From Paraflavisolibacter caeni (GTDB lineage Bacteria; Bacteroidota; Bacteroidia; Chitinophagales; Chitinophagaceae), in assembly GCF_025628885.1 (NCBI RefSeq), contig NZ_JAOTIF010000001.1:763751-787750 (forward strand): 24,000 bases of DNA. Reading direction: 5' to 3'. How positions within the stretch are numbered: position 1 is the first letter of the stretch; each line of letters starts with the position of its first letter. Of the stretch, positions 8,508 to 20,323 are shown one piece after another. Under the pieces are notes generated by a model. It did no database searches. It was not told the DNA's origin and saw only the letters and a list, made by a program, of their open reading frames with translations. The position numbers were made by a program, and so were the translations under genes.

Positions 8508-9332
8508 TCATTCAGCAACAATGAATGTAATGGGTTGTTTCCGGTAAGCATTTACGTTACGTCCGTTTTGAATGGCAGGCGTCCATTGTGGTCCTCTTTT
8601 GATGACCCGTATAGCTTCTTCTTCCATTCCATAACCATGGTTCGTTAATGCTTTTACATCACTGATATTTCCTTGCTTATCTACGATGAATTGAACAACA
8701 ACGGTATAAGATCCGTTAGGTGCTCCGTTTTCAGCCGGCGTATTGCTATTCAGTTTGTTTTGCAGGTAGCGTGACCAGGCACTTAAACCACCTGGGAATT
8801 CAGCTTCTATCTCAACTTTGTCGAAAATTTCTGGTTCATTTTCTTTTGCTTTGGGAACTTCCACTACATTCTTATTATCGTCTATAACTGGTGGCGTTGC
8901 AAGACCCGGATCTTTAGTACCTTTTATATTTACTACGTCAATCTTTGTATCAGCCAGTGTTGTGACATCAGGTGGAAGATCTTCTTTCTTCACCTGATCG
9001 TCTTCTACAATTTTAATATTTGTAAGCTTAGTATGTTCCACTTGCGGTACTTCTTGTTTTGGTGGTGTAATAGGAGGGGGATCCGGTTTCTTATCATCTG
9101 TTTTAATTTCTTCTATCACAACATCTCTTATATCAATTTTTGCATCATTTTTCTCTATCGGTTTAGCAAAAGATGCAATAAACAGAAATGCAGCAAGACT
9201 GCCAGTAATGGCCAAAGCAGTAATAATGCGGCTGTTGTATGTCTTTCTTAAATTGTAAGCTCCGTAATCTTTGTTCCTGTTCTCAAAGAGAATGTCAAGA
9301 ATGTCGGCTTTTAAAATTTTGGTTGCGTCCAT
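8508..9332 (-). CDS. tonB: Energy transducer TonB family protein
   Basis: N-terminal cytoplasmic segment plus one TM (IITALAITGSLAAFLFI), a Pro/Lys-rich spacer (KKPDPPPITPPKQEVPQ), and a C-terminal TonB domain (AEFPGGLSAWSRYL..., GSYTVVVQFIVDKQGNISDVKAL..., EEAIRVIK...W.PA.QNGR.V). Confidence 0.85.
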   Translation of the reverse strand: MDATKILKADILDILFENRNKDYGAYNLRKTYNSRIITALAITGSLAAFLFIASFAKPIEKNDAKIDIRDVVIEEIKTDDKKPDPPPITPPKQEVPQVEHTKLTNIKIVEDDQVKKEDLPPDVTTLADTKIDVVNIKGTKDPGLATPPVIDDNKNVVEVPKAKENEPEIFDKVEIEAEFPGGLSAWSRYLQNKLNSNTPAENGAPNGSYTVVVQFIVDKQGNISDVKALTNHGYGMEEEAIRVIKRGPQWTPAIQNGRNVNAYRKQPITFIVAE

Positions 9333-9466
9333 ATGTTAAGTTTATTATTGAGATATAACTTTTGTTTTTTTCCATAAACCTTTCAAGAATTTTTTTAATT
9401 ACTGCATGTGCAATCAACGGTTATACAAGCCAGTTTTCGCTTAGCTGTTTATAATAGACTATTGTG

Positions 9467-9474
9467 TAATTTTG
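9467..9474 (+). promoter_or_regulatory. Candidate Bacteroidota sigma-A -7 box (TAnnTTTG) for the bio operon
   Basis: TAATTTTG is an exact match to the TAnnTTTG consensus, about 125 nt upstream of the bioB ATG. I found no clear -33 TTG at the canonical spacing. Confidence 0.35.
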
Positions 9475-9598
9475 ACACAGCTGGAATTAGTAATTTATTT
9501 TTTCTACCTGCCATTGATTTATACATGTACTTTTTCTTCATGCGTTTAAGTTGCCAGGAATCCCTTTACTTTTGCTCCCTTTAAAATATCCTGAAACG

Positions 9599-10597
9599 AT
9601 GACCATACGCAATAACTGGACGCTCCAGGAAGTATCCGAAATTTATAACCGGCCTTTATTGGACCTGGTTTTCCAGGCAGCACAGGTGCACAGAGAAAAT
9701 AATGCTTATAGTGAAGTGCAGGTGAGCAGCCTTATTTCAATAAAAACAGGTGGATGCACGGAAGATTGTGCCTACTGTCCACAGGCTGCCCGGTATAATA
9801 CTGATGTCCATGTACATGCGCTGATGCCGCTGGAAAAAGTAGTAGCGCATGCACAGAATGCAAAAGCCAATGGTGCCTCCAGGATCTGTATGGGCGCATC
9901 ATGGAGAGAAGTACGGGACAACCGTGATTTTGACAGGGTACTTGAAATGGTAACCGCTGTCAATGAAATGGGCGTTGAAGTATGCTGCACGCTGGGTATG
10001 TTGACGTATGAACAGGCGGAAAAATTAAAGGCTGCAGGTTGTTTTGCTTACAACCATAATGTAGATACCTCGGAAGATTATTACACAGAAATCATCTCCA
10101 CCCGTACCTATGATGACAGGCTGCATACATTAGAGAACGTACGTAAGGCTAAACTGACTGTATGCAGTGGTGGTATTATCGGGTTGGGTGAAACCAATGA
10201 AGACCGGATCAAGATGTTGCACACACTAGCCACCTTACCGGTACATCCGGATTCAGTTCCCATCAATGCATTGGTACCAGTAAAAGGGACTCCATTGGAA
10301 CACAACAAGCGGGTAGGTATCGATGAAATGCTCCGCATGATCGCGACTGCAAGAATCATCATGCCCAAAAGTGTTGTGCGCCTTTCCGCAGGCAGAAATG
10401 AAATGAGCCTGGCGGAGCAAGCACTTTGCTTTATGGCGGGTGCCAATTCGATCTTTTCTGGCGAAAAGTTGCTCACGACTCCGAACCCCGACGTCAACGA
10501 AGACAGGCTGATGTTCCAGTTGTTGGGGCTAACACCCAGGGCTCCGTTTAAGGATGTACAGCAGGAACATGCTCATTTGGTGTCAGAAAAGGGATGA
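9599..10597 (+). CDS. bioB: Biotin synthase (radical SAM)
   Basis: [10 protein letters not shown] is a CxxxCxxC radical-SAM motif. Further Cys/Arg positions ([26 protein letters not shown]) fit an auxiliary-cluster-type BioB. I prefer the ATG at 9599 ([12 protein letters not shown]) over the track's TTG at 9551. Confidence 0.93.
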   Translation: MTIRNNWTLQEVSEIYNRPLLDLVFQAAQVHRENNAYSEVQVSSLISIKTGGCTEDCAYCPQAARYNTDVHVHALMPLEKVVAHAQNAKANGASRICMGASWREVRDNRDFDRVLEMVTAVNEMGVEVCCTLGMLTYEQAEKLKAAGCFAYNHNVDTSEDYYTEIISTRTYDDRLHTLENVRKAKLTVCSGGIIGLGETNEDRIKMLHTLATLPVHPDSVPINALVPVKGTPLEHNKRVGIDEMLRMIATARIIMPKSVVRLSAGRNEMSLAEQALCFMAGANSIFSGEKLLTTPNPDVNEDRLMFQLLGLTPRAPFKDVQQEHAHLVSEKG

Positions 10598-10604
10598 GCG
10601 CGCC

Positions 10605-11738
10605 ATGATCCACACTCATTTGATAGATGAATACCTGTCTCAATCTTTGCAGAAAAGAGAGCAGGAAGGATTGCTGCGTCAATTAGCCTGCAATGAGGGG
10701 CTGATTGATTTTTGTTCCAATGATTATTTGGGATTGGCACAATCAAACTTATTGAGCCTGGATGGTACCGGATCACAAGAAGAGATGGCCTCCGGATCAA
10801 CAGGTTCCAGGCTTGTTTCCGGCAACTCTCCGTTAGCTGAAAAAACAGAACGCATAGTTGCCGGCTTTCACCATGCAGAAGCTGCACTTTTGTTCAATAC
10901 AGGTTATATGGCCAACCTGGGTTTGTGTTCCTGCATTGCCGATAAGCATAGCGTATTTATCTACGATGAACATATTCATGCAAGCATTATTGATGGCATG
11001 CGCCTAAGCCTGGCAAAACGCTTTAAGTTCAAACACAATGATGTGGATGATCTTCGCAAGAAGTTGAAGCAGGCGGAAGGAAAAGTATATGTTGTTATTG
11101 AATCGCTCTACTCAATGGATGGTGACCTGGCGCCTTTGCAGGAAATTTCAGATGTATGCAAAGAGCATAAGGCTGCATTGATCGTAGACGAAGCTCATGC
11201 TGTTGGTATCTATGGTGATCAGGGCAGGGGCTTGGTATGTCATCATCAGTTGGAAAACGATGTATGGGCACGCATCATCACCTTTGGCAAAGCACTTGGT
11301 TGTCATGGGGCCGCAGTGGTGGGTAGTTCCCTGCTGCGTGATTATTTGATCAATCATGCCCGCTCGTTTATTTACACAACTGCTATGCCTCCACATGCCT
11401 TTATAGTGATTCAAAGGTCATACCAGGAAATGGCAGTTGCACAAAGGGAAAAGCTGTTTGGGCTCATTCATCATTTTCAAAAAGTTGCCAGGGAGACATC
11501 AATAGAAGATGTACGCTTCCTGCTCAATCCTTCTCCGATACAGGGTGTTATCGTGCCGGGTAATGAACGGGTGAAACGGCTGGCCGAGTACGTAAGGCAA
11601 CAGGGTTTTTTTATGAAAGCTATTTTGTCGCCTACTGTGCCGGCAGGTTCCGAAAGGTTACGCATTTGCCTGCATGCTTTTAATTCTTGCAGGCAAATTG
11701 ATCAATTATTGACAGCCATAAAATTATTTTTAACATGA
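10605..11738 (+). CDS. bioF: 8-amino-7-oxononanoate synthase
   Basis: PLP alpha-oxoamine synthase blocks: FCSNDYLGL, GSTGSRLVSGN, SMDGD, VDEAHAVG, TFGKALG (Lys). I prefer the ATG at 10605 (MIHTHLIDEYL), because the track start at 10554 overlaps the bioB 3' end. Confidence 0.9.
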   Translation: MIHTHLIDEYLSQSLQKREQEGLLRQLACNEGLIDFCSNDYLGLAQSNLLSLDGTGSQEEMASGSTGSRLVSGNSPLAEKTERIVAGFHHAEAALLFNTGYMANLGLCSCIADKHSVFIYDEHIHASIIDGMRLSLAKRFKFKHNDVDDLRKKLKQAEGKVYVVIESLYSMDGDLAPLQEISDVCKEHKAALIVDEAHAVGIYGDQGRGLVCHHQLENDVWARIITFGKALGCHGAAVVGSSLLRDYLINHARSFIYTTAMPPHAFIVIQRSYQEMAVAQREKLFGLIHHFQKVARETSIEDVRFLLNPSPIQGVIVPGNERVKRLAEYVRQQGFFMKAILSPTVPAGSERLRICLHAFNSCRQIDQLLTAIKLFLT

Positions 11739-12379
11739 ACCTGGTAGTTGCAGGCATCCATACAGGTATAGGTAAAACTGTTTGTTCTGCAGTCATGGTC
11801 CAGGCACTTGGATATGATTATTGGAAACCAGTGCAGGCCGGAGACCTTGATGCATCTGATAGTTTGTTTATCAAAAAGAATGTTGTCAATAATGATATCA
11901 ATATTCACCAGGAAGCATTTTGCCTGACACAAGCAGCATCTCCGCATTATGCTGCAAAAGAGGATCAGGTTTCTATTACGCTGGAAGGGATTACGATACC
12001 CTCTTCGGATCTTCCTATTATTGTAGAAACAGCTGGTGGTGTGATGACACCTTTGAGTGAATCTTTATTGAATATTGATTTGATCAGACATTTAAATCTT
12101 CCTGTAGTATTGGTTTCCAACAATTACTTAGGAAGCATCAATCATACTTTACTGAGTGTACAGGCATTGAGTCTTGCAGGTGCACGCCCACTGGGCATTG
12201 TGTTTAGTGGTGAAGAGGTTTTGTCTACAAGAGAATTTATTCTTCAATATACAGGTTTGCCTTTGCTCTTTTCCATCCCGCAGTTTGAACAATTGAACAA
12301 GGAAACCATTGCTGAATTTGCTACATCTATTTCTGGCGATCTAAAAACAAAGCTTTATGAACTGGGCAGAGAAAGATAA
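11735..12379 (+). CDS. bioD: Dethiobiotin synthase
   Basis: N-terminal P-loop VAGIHTGIGKT, internal ETAGG, about 214 aa. The ATGA overlaps the bioF stop. Confidence 0.88.
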   Translation: MNLVVAGIHTGIGKTVCSAVMVQALGYDYWKPVQAGDLDASDSLFIKKNVVNNDINIHQEAFCLTQAASPHYAAKEDQVSITLEGITIPSSDLPIIVETAGGVMTPLSESLLNIDLIRHLNLPVVLVSNNYLGSINHTLLSVQALSLAGARPLGIVFSGEEVLSTREFILQYTGLPLLFSIPQFEQLNKETIAEFATSISGDLKTKLYELGRER

Positions 12380-13646
12380 AGCGTACATATGGCATCCATT
12401 CACACAGATGAAGTTAGCCGGTGAGGCTATTCATATCGAAAGAGCAGAAGGTTGTTACCTGTATAGCTCTAATGGAGATCAATACCTGGACGGCATTTCA
12501 TCCTGGTGGGTCAACATACATGGACATGCCCATCCTTACATAGCAGAGAAGATTGCACAGCAATGTCTTCAGTTAGAGCATGTGATCTTTGCGGGGTTTA
12601 CCCATACGCCTGCTATTAAACTTGCTGAAAAATTATTAGCACTATTACCAGGAAGTTTTTCCAAAGTATTTTATTCTGATAATGGTTCCACTGCAGTTGA
12701 GGTGGCCTTGAAAATGGCGTTGCAGTACTGGTATAATAAGGGTGAGATTGGAAAGACTAAGATCATCGCGTTTGAAGATGCTTATCATGGAGATACATTC
12801 GGCGCTATGTCTGTAGGGGCAAGAAGTGTATTTACTGCAGCCTTCCAGGAGTTGTTGTTTGATGTAGTGCATATCCCTCTTCCTTCTGATGACAATATTG
12901 ATCAATGCACAGAAATGCTGCAGCAAATGACTTCGAAAGGAGATGTGGCTGCTTTTATTTTTGAACCCCTGGTATTGGGGGCAGCAGGCATGAAGATGTA
13001 CAAGCCGGAACATTTGGATATGCTACTTGCTGTGGCCAAAAGAAATGGTGTTTTATGTATTGCAGATGAAGTGATGACAGGCTTCGGGCGTAGCGGGAAG
13101 AACTTTGCTATTGAACACCTGGTTCATAGACCGGATATTATTTGTTTATCCAAAGGGATTACCGGTGGCTTTTTGCCTTTGTCTGTAACTATATGCACTG
13201 AAGATATTTATCAGGCTTTTTATTCCGATGAAGCAACGAAGGCATTGTTTCATGGGCACTCTTATACTGCTAATCCGGTAGCCTGTGCAGCAGCCCTGGC
13301 GAGTATGGAAATATTGACGCAGCCGGAGACGCAGCAACAAATCAGGCTGATTGCGCAGGAGCATCATTCCTTTCTTCAAAATATCAAGGATCATCCTTTC
13401 ATTAAAGGTGCGCGGCAGACAGGAACTATACTGGCACTGGAAATCAAGACGACAGAAAATACTTCTTACTTTAATTTGATCAGGGATGATGCTTACAACT
13501 TTTGCCTTGGTAAAGGCGTGTTGTTACGTCCGCTGGGAAACATCATTTATTTCATGCCGCCATATTGTATTACACAAACTGAATTGCAACTTGTATATGG
13601 TGTAATCATAGACATGTTGCATTATTTACAAGAAAAATATACTTAA
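12357..13646 (+). CDS. bioA: Adenosylmethionine-8-amino-7-oxononanoate aminotransferase
   Basis: Class-III aminotransferase blocks: IWHPFTQMK, SSWWVNIHGH, YHGDTFGAMSVG, ADEVMTGFGRSGK, LSKGITGG, HGHSYTANP. It overlaps bioD by 23 nt. Confidence 0.92.
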   Translation: MNWAEKDKAYIWHPFTQMKLAGEAIHIERAEGCYLYSSNGDQYLDGISSWWVNIHGHAHPYIAEKIAQQCLQLEHVIFAGFTHTPAIKLAEKLLALLPGSFSKVFYSDNGSTAVEVALKMALQYWYNKGEIGKTKIIAFEDAYHGDTFGAMSVGARSVFTAAFQELLFDVVHIPLPSDDNIDQCTEMLQQMTSKGDVAAFIFEPLVLGAAGMKMYKPEHLDMLLAVAKRNGVLCIADEVMTGFGRSGKNFAIEHLVHRPDIICLSKGITGGFLPLSVTICTEDIYQAFYSDEATKALFHGHSYTANPVACAAALASMEILTQPETQQQIRLIAQEHHSFLQNIKDHPFIKGARQTGTILALEIKTTENTSYFNLIRDDAYNFCLGKGVLLRPLGNIIYFMPPYCITQTELQLVYGVIIDMLHYLQEKYT

Positions 13647-13663
13647 GTTTTAAAACACTAATC

Positions 13664-14272
13664 ATGCAAGCACTATTACATAAAATCATTGAGCAGCCTG
13701 AACTTCATGCTTATTGGCTGAATACATTGTCCATGATGGAAAATGTAGGAGCCAAAAAGATCAAGAAGTGTGAGCACCCGATTTTCGTTAATGAAGTGAT
13801 CTTAAAACATGCATCAGAAGAAGCCAGGCATGCTTTTTACTTGAAAAAGCAAATACAAAAGATCCGCAAAGATGCATGTCCTACTTATGAATGGCAGTAC
13901 CTGTTAGCTCCTAAATCAAGTTATGCTTATTTGAATCAATTGGACATTGATGTTTGTCGCTATTTAAAATCGAAGCATGAGTTGAAGCATGAGCGTTTAA
14001 AATATGCAGCTTACCTGTTGGTGACCTATGCCATTGAAGTAAGAGCCGATGAATTATATCCCATTTACCAGGATGTGTTACGTGCATATAAGAGTCCTGT
14101 AAGTGTGCGCAACATCATTGCTGAAGAACAGAATCACCTGGAAGAAATGGAAAAGCAACTGAAAGCTTTTTCAAGTGAGTGGGAAGAAATGTGCCGTGTA
14201 GTTCGTGAAATTGAAAGCAAGTTACATAGTGTGTGGATCGAGAATTTACATCAAGAGCTCGGGTTGTCGTAG
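13664..14272 (+). CDS. Ferritin-like diiron-carboxylate protein of unknown function; fifth and last cistron of the bio operon
   Basis: 202 aa and predicted to be helical. Signature: E26 (MMENVGA), E53xxH56 (SEEARHAF), E125 (YAIEVRA), E155xxH158 (AEEQNHLE). It starts 17 nt after the bioA stop and is followed by a terminator hairpin. Confidence 0.7.
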   Translation: MQALLHKIIEQPELHAYWLNTLSMMENVGAKKIKKCEHPIFVNEVILKHASEEARHAFYLKKQIQKIRKDACPTYEWQYLLAPKSSYAYLNQLDIDVCRYLKSKHELKHERLKYAAYLLVTYAIEVRADELYPIYQDVLRAYKSPVSVRNIIAEEQNHLEEMEKQLKAFSSEWEEMCRVVREIESKLHSVWIENLHQELGLS

Positions 14273-14297
14273 TAATGCTTCCCAATCCGGATAAAGT

Positions 14298-14333
14298 ACA
14301 ACCCTGGCCTCCGGGAACAGATGCCAGGGTTGT
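14298..14333. terminator. Hairpin between the convergent bio and thi operons (probable bidirectional terminator)
   Basis: acaaccctggc (14298-14308) and gccagggttgt (14323-14333) form a perfect 11-bp stem with a 14-nt loop. It lies between the stops at 14272 (+) and 14339 (-). Confidence 0.6.
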
Positions 14334-14338
14334 TACAT

Positions 14339-15469
14339 TCAGGAAAAGAGTTTATTGGACTGGAAGTTTTTATCCCAATCTTTCCATATTGGTTCATAAC
14401 CTTGCTTTTCAATGATTGTAGCCATTTCTGCGGCAGATCGCTCGTCGCTGATCTCGAACTGTTCCAGAGTGTCGGGGTCAACAGAATAGCCACCAGGATT
14501 GGTTTTAGAGCCTGCACTTATAGTGGTTGTTCCCAGTTTTAATATATGGTTCCTGAATTTTTCAGTCTCTCTTGTTGATATAGATATTTCTACATCTTCA
14601 TTGAGTAATCTGTAGGCACAGATCAACTGTACCAGCTCCCTGTCTTTGATCAGGTGGTCTGTAATATCAACACCTTCTGCAGGCCTGATCCGCGGGAAAG
14701 AAATGGAATATTTTGTCTGCCAGTATCTCTTCTGCAAGTAATCCAGGTGCAAAGCACAAAAGAAGCTATCCGTGCGCCAGTCTTCAAGTCCCAGCAACAC
14801 ACCAAGGCCAATTTTATGCATGCCTGCCCGGCCTATACGGTCTGGTGTTTCCAGTCGGTAATAGAAGTTAGACTTCTTGCCTTTCAAATGGTAATTCCTG
14901 TATGCTTCTTTGTGGTAGGTTTCCTGGTACACCAGCACAGAGTAAACACCTGCTTCATGAAGGGTTTTATATTCATCCTGCTCCAGTGGTTGCACTTCGA
15001 TGGATATGTTGGCAAAATGAGGCTTGATGATGTCTATCGCTTTTAGAAAATAATCCACATGCACGGTATGGTTGGCTTCGCCTGTGACCAGTAAGATATG
15101 CTGAAAGCCGTGCTTTTTGATCTCATTGATCTCCTGTAAGATCTCTGCGGCAGAAAGGGTTTTGCGTTTGATCTTATTGTTAAAGCTAAAGCCACAGTAG
15201 GTGCAAATGTTATTACATTCATTACTCAGGTACATGGGTGCGAAGAGCTGAATGGTATTGCCAAAACGTTTTTGGGTTGTTTGGTGGCTTATTTGGGCCA
15301 TTCGCTCCAGGTAGGGTTCAGCGGCAGGGGAGATCAAGGCTTTGAAGTCTTCCAGTGTACGCCTGGGGGCAGCTAAAGCAGCTTCCACATCTGCTTCCGT
15401 TTTCAGCAAAATAGATGAAGCAACTTCATCCCAGTTATAGCGGTCGAAATGCTCTTTAAAGGTCATCAT
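14339..15469 (-). CDS. thiH: 2-iminoacetate synthase (tyrosine lyase, radical SAM)
   Basis: [10 protein letters not shown] radical-SAM motif, 376 aa, adjacent to and overlapping thiG. Confidence 0.9.
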   Translation of the reverse strand: MMTFKEHFDRYNWDEVASSILLKTEADVEAALAAPRRTLEDFKALISPAAEPYLERMAQISHQTTQKRFGNTIQLFAPMYLSNECNNICTYCGFSFNNKIKRKTLSAAEILQEINEIKKHGFQHILLVTGEANHTVHVDYFLKAIDIIKPHFANISIEVQPLEQDEYKTLHEAGVYSVLVYQETYHKEAYRNYHLKGKKSNFYYRLETPDRIGRAGMHKIGLGVLLGLEDWRTDSFFCALHLDYLQKRYWQTKYSISFPRIRPAEGVDITDHLIKDRELVQLICAYRLLNEDVEISISTRETEKFRNHILKLGTTTISAGSKTNPGGYSVDPDTLEQFEISDERSAAEMATIIEKQGYEPIWKDWDKNFQSNKLFS

Positions 15470-16232
15470 ATAAGAATTCAGTTAATGGACTTGAGGCAAT
15501 GGCACCTTTTATTGCTTTAGACAGTTTGGCCTCATAGGCCATTCTGCCGGCTTCTACAGCCAGTTTAAAAGCTGAAGCCATTTGTACAGGGTTGCCTGCC
15601 ACAGCTATGGCCGTATTAACCAGCACTGCATCAGCTCCCATTTCCATTGCTTTAGCCGCATGGGAAGGTGCGCCAATACCCGCATCAATAATTACAGGTA
15701 CATTACTTTGTTCAATGATGATCTCTAAAAAATCAAATGTTTTTAACCCTTTGTTACTGCCAATAGGTGAGCCCAATGGCATCACTGCAGCTGTTCCTGC
15801 TTCTTCCAACCTTTTACACAAAACCGGGTCGGCATGTATATAAGGGAGAACAATAAATCCCAGTTTTGCCAATTCTTCAGTGGCTTTTAAAGTTTCGATG
15901 GGATCAGGCAATAGGTATTTAGGGTCTGGATGGATCTCCAGCTTTACCAAGTTTGTTTCCAATGCTTCCCTGGCCAGTTGGGCAGCAAATACTGCTTCTT
16001 TAGCATTGCGTACTCCGGAAGTATTGGGCAGTAAGTTGATGTGCGGATGATGCAGATGTGCCAACAGAGAATCTGTTTCTGTTTCGAAATCGATCCGTTT
16101 CATGGCCACAGTAACCAGTTCTGTTCCTGAAGCCAGTACAGCTTCTTCCATTCTTTGTGGAGAGCCGAATTTGCCGGTGCCTAAAAAAAGCCGTGAATTG
16201 AACTGGCAATTACCTATTGTAAGCTTTTGCAT
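15456..16232 (-). CDS. thiG: Thiazole synthase
   Basis: Blocks: [63 protein letters not shown]. Confidence 0.93.
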   Translation of the reverse strand: MQKLTIGNCQFNSRLFLGTGKFGSPQRMEEAVLASGTELVTVAMKRIDFETETDSLLAHLHHPHINLLPNTSGVRNAKEAVFAAQLAREALETNLVKLEIHPDPKYLLPDPIETLKATEELAKLGFIVLPYIHADPVLCKRLEEAGTAAVMPLGSPIGSNKGLKTFDFLEIIIEQSNVPVIIDAGIGAPSHAAKAMEMGADAVLVNTAIAVAGNPVQMASAFKLAVEAGRMAYEAKLSKAIKGAIASSPLTEFLYDDL

Positions 16233-16851
16233 ACAAGGAAGAATTTAGTTGTTGAACAATTTGTTTTTTATGGTCGTGATGAGTGATGGCTCCTGAAATG
16301 GCTATGCCGTAGAGGCCTGTTTGCATGATGGACTCAACATCTTCAGGCAGTATGCCGCCAATTGCATAAAGAGGTATACTGATACCCTCTGCGTTCATTT
16401 TATTGATCAATATTTCATAACCTGGTAACCCTAAAACAGGACTTAGCTTTTCCTTGGTCTTCGTAAAACGGAAAGGCCCTACACCTACATAATGACAGCC
16501 TTCCCGGTAGCGCTGCAGCACATCTTCAAAAGTATTGGCAGTGCCTCCGATGATCATTTGATCACCAACGATCTTTTTTGCTTCCGCTACAGGCATATCC
16601 TGCAAACCCAGGTGTACGCCATCTGCATGCACAGCCTTTGCAATGTCGGCGTGGTCATTTACGATGAAAGTGGCTTCGAGATCATAACATAATTTTCTTG
16701 CAATTGCTGCTACTTTCAGGAGTTCTGATGGTTGGGCCTTTTTAAAGCGCAACTGAATCCAGGTGCAGCCACCATCCAGTGCTTCCTGGATATTTTTTAT
16801 TTGCTCATTGGCTGTATTACCTTGCGATATGTATTGAAGTTTAGAAAACAT
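16210..16851 (-). CDS. thiE: Thiamine-phosphate synthase
   Basis: Blocks: [62 protein letters not shown]. Confidence 0.88.
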   Translation of the reverse strand: MFSKLQYISQGNTANEQIKNIQEALDGGCTWIQLRFKKAQPSELLKVAAIARKLCYDLEATFIVNDHADIAKAVHADGVHLGLQDMPVAEAKKIVGDQMIIGGTANTFEDVLQRYREGCHYVGVGPFRFTKTKEKLSPVLGLPGYEILINKMNAEGISIPLYAIGGILPEDVESIMQTGLYGIAISGAITHHDHKKQIVQQLNSSLYAKAYNR

Positions 16852-17596
16852 GATAACTTAAGAGTGAAGAGTTACTTAATAAAACTTTTTCCGTATAACT
16901 TTTTGCTTTTCTGCAGGCAGTGATCAAATCATTGCCTCTGGCTAGTTGTGCCGCGATCGCTGAAGAAAGAATGCAGCCAGACCCATGTTTTGGAAATATT
17001 TTCGAAGTGCCGGGATATAGCCTGGTCACTTCTGTTTTCATAAAAAGGTAATCAACGCCGGGTTCATCTTCATTATGGCCACCCTTTAATAAAACATTGC
17101 AGTATTGAGACAGTTTTTTTGCCGCTTCTATGGCGTCTGTCTCATTTACCAATTGAACGATTTCTTTGTAGTTTGGCGTGATCAATTCCAAATTCTGTAA
17201 TAGCTGGTACAATAGGATTTCATCAACCCCCTGCTGCCAAAAGCTGAATTCAGTTGTTGAGCGAATGACAGGATCCACAATGATCTTGATGTTGCTGCTT
17301 TTTTGATGAATCACAGAAACTAACTGGTGTAGTGATCCAAGGTTTTGTACGATACCGATCTTCACAGCGGCAACCTCGTAATGGGAAAGCATCCTGGATA
17401 CTGCATCCAGGATGTTTATATCTTTTTCCCATCGTATCGAGTAAAAAGCATTTTCTGTTTGCACAGTTTGGGCCGTTGATATGCCTAAGCCATACACTTC
17501 ATGTTGCTCGAAGACCTTGATGTCGGCAAGCAGACCTGCACCCCCACAGGGATCCAGGCCTGCAATACTCAACACTATAGGACGATTGAATTCCAT
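16841..17596 (-). CDS. thiD: Hydroxymethylpyrimidine/phosphomethylpyrimidine kinase
   Basis: Blocks: VLSIAGLDPCGGAGLLADIKVF, AVKIGIV, ITPNYKE, LLKGGH, and the GSGCILSSAIAAQLA anion-hole region. Confidence 0.9.
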   Translation of the reverse strand: MEFNRPIVLSIAGLDPCGGAGLLADIKVFEQHEVYGLGISTAQTVQTENAFYSIRWEKDINILDAVSRMLSHYEVAAVKIGIVQNLGSLHQLVSVIHQKSSNIKIIVDPVIRSTTEFSFWQQGVDEILLYQLLQNLELITPNYKEIVQLVNETDAIEAAKKLSQYCNVLLKGGHNEDEPGVDYLFMKTEVTRLYPGTSKIFPKHGSGCILSSAIAAQLARGNDLITACRKAKSYTEKVLLSNSSLLSYHVF

Positions 17597-18174
17597 GTTT
17601 TTTTTATTTTTCGGAAACTTTTAACCGGATCATTGTTTTGCCAGACTGAACCTAATATTGCCACACCATGAAAGCCCATTTGCAAGGCATCCTCCAGGTT
17701 GTTTTCCCGGATTCCTCCAATCGCTATCAACTTTGTTCCTGGTGAAGGAAGCTTTGTTTCTTTTGAGATCGTGGATTCATATCCTTGCTTTGATATGCTG
17801 TTAAATACAGGGCCCAAAAAAGCATACGCAAAACAGCAGGATAAATTATCTGCTTCCTCTACCTGGTGGATAGAAGTCGTTAAGAGAAAACCACCCTGTT
17901 GTAATGCCTGCCATTCCACCTGGGTACTGCATCTTCTTTTTGACTCAGTATAGTGTAAGCGCATCGTCCCCAACATGCTTGCCAGATGATGATGCGCATG
18001 CAAGGATATTTTGCTCCGATGTTCAGGATCTACCTGTTCCACTAATTGTTGCAATGCTGATGCAGTTGCTTCCGGTTTGCGCAAATGGAAGATTTCCATG
18101 CCTTCATTAAATAAGGCATTGATCATCTCTGCTTCATTTTGGATCATTGCTGCATCAGAAATTACAATCAACAT
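17575..18174 (-). CDS. ThiE/TenI-family protein (second thiamine-phosphate-synthase-like paralogue)
   Basis: The 200-aa form starts at the ATG at 18174, 1 nt after the thiC stop (tga c atg). Blocks: IFHLRKPE, MRLHY, FLGPVFNSISKQGY, LIAIGGI, GVAILGSVW. The track's longer form (to 18342) would overlap 167 nt of thiC. Confidence 0.7.
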   Translation of the reverse strand: MLIVISDAAMIQNEAEMINALFNEGMEIFHLRKPEATASALQQLVEQVDPEHRSKISLHAHHHLASMLGTMRLHYTESKRRCSTQVEWQALQQGGFLLTTSIHQVEEADNLSCCFAYAFLGPVFNSISKQGYESTISKETKLPSPGTKLIAIGGIRENNLEDALQMGFHGVAILGSVWQNNDPVKSFRKIKKTWNSIVL

Positions 18175-18175
18175 G

Positions 18176-20264
<2,089 letters not shown>

Positions 20265-20323
20265 TCCGGTATAAGGTTAAAAATTGACACTTTAGGAATG
20301 GACGAAACGAAGTAATATGGATC

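Noticed and set aside
9463-9479. The inverted repeat tgtgt-N7-acaca over the bioB -7 box, considered as a BirA operator.
   Set aside because: The arms are only 5 bp and do not resemble the long BirA palindrome known from enterobacteria. It is kept only as a minor note within the leader finding.
14339-15469. An oxygen-sensitive radical-SAM ThiH route in an organism that also encodes complex I and Cu/Zn SOD.
   Set aside because: Facultative aerobes such as E. coli also use ThiH, so this is not anomalous.
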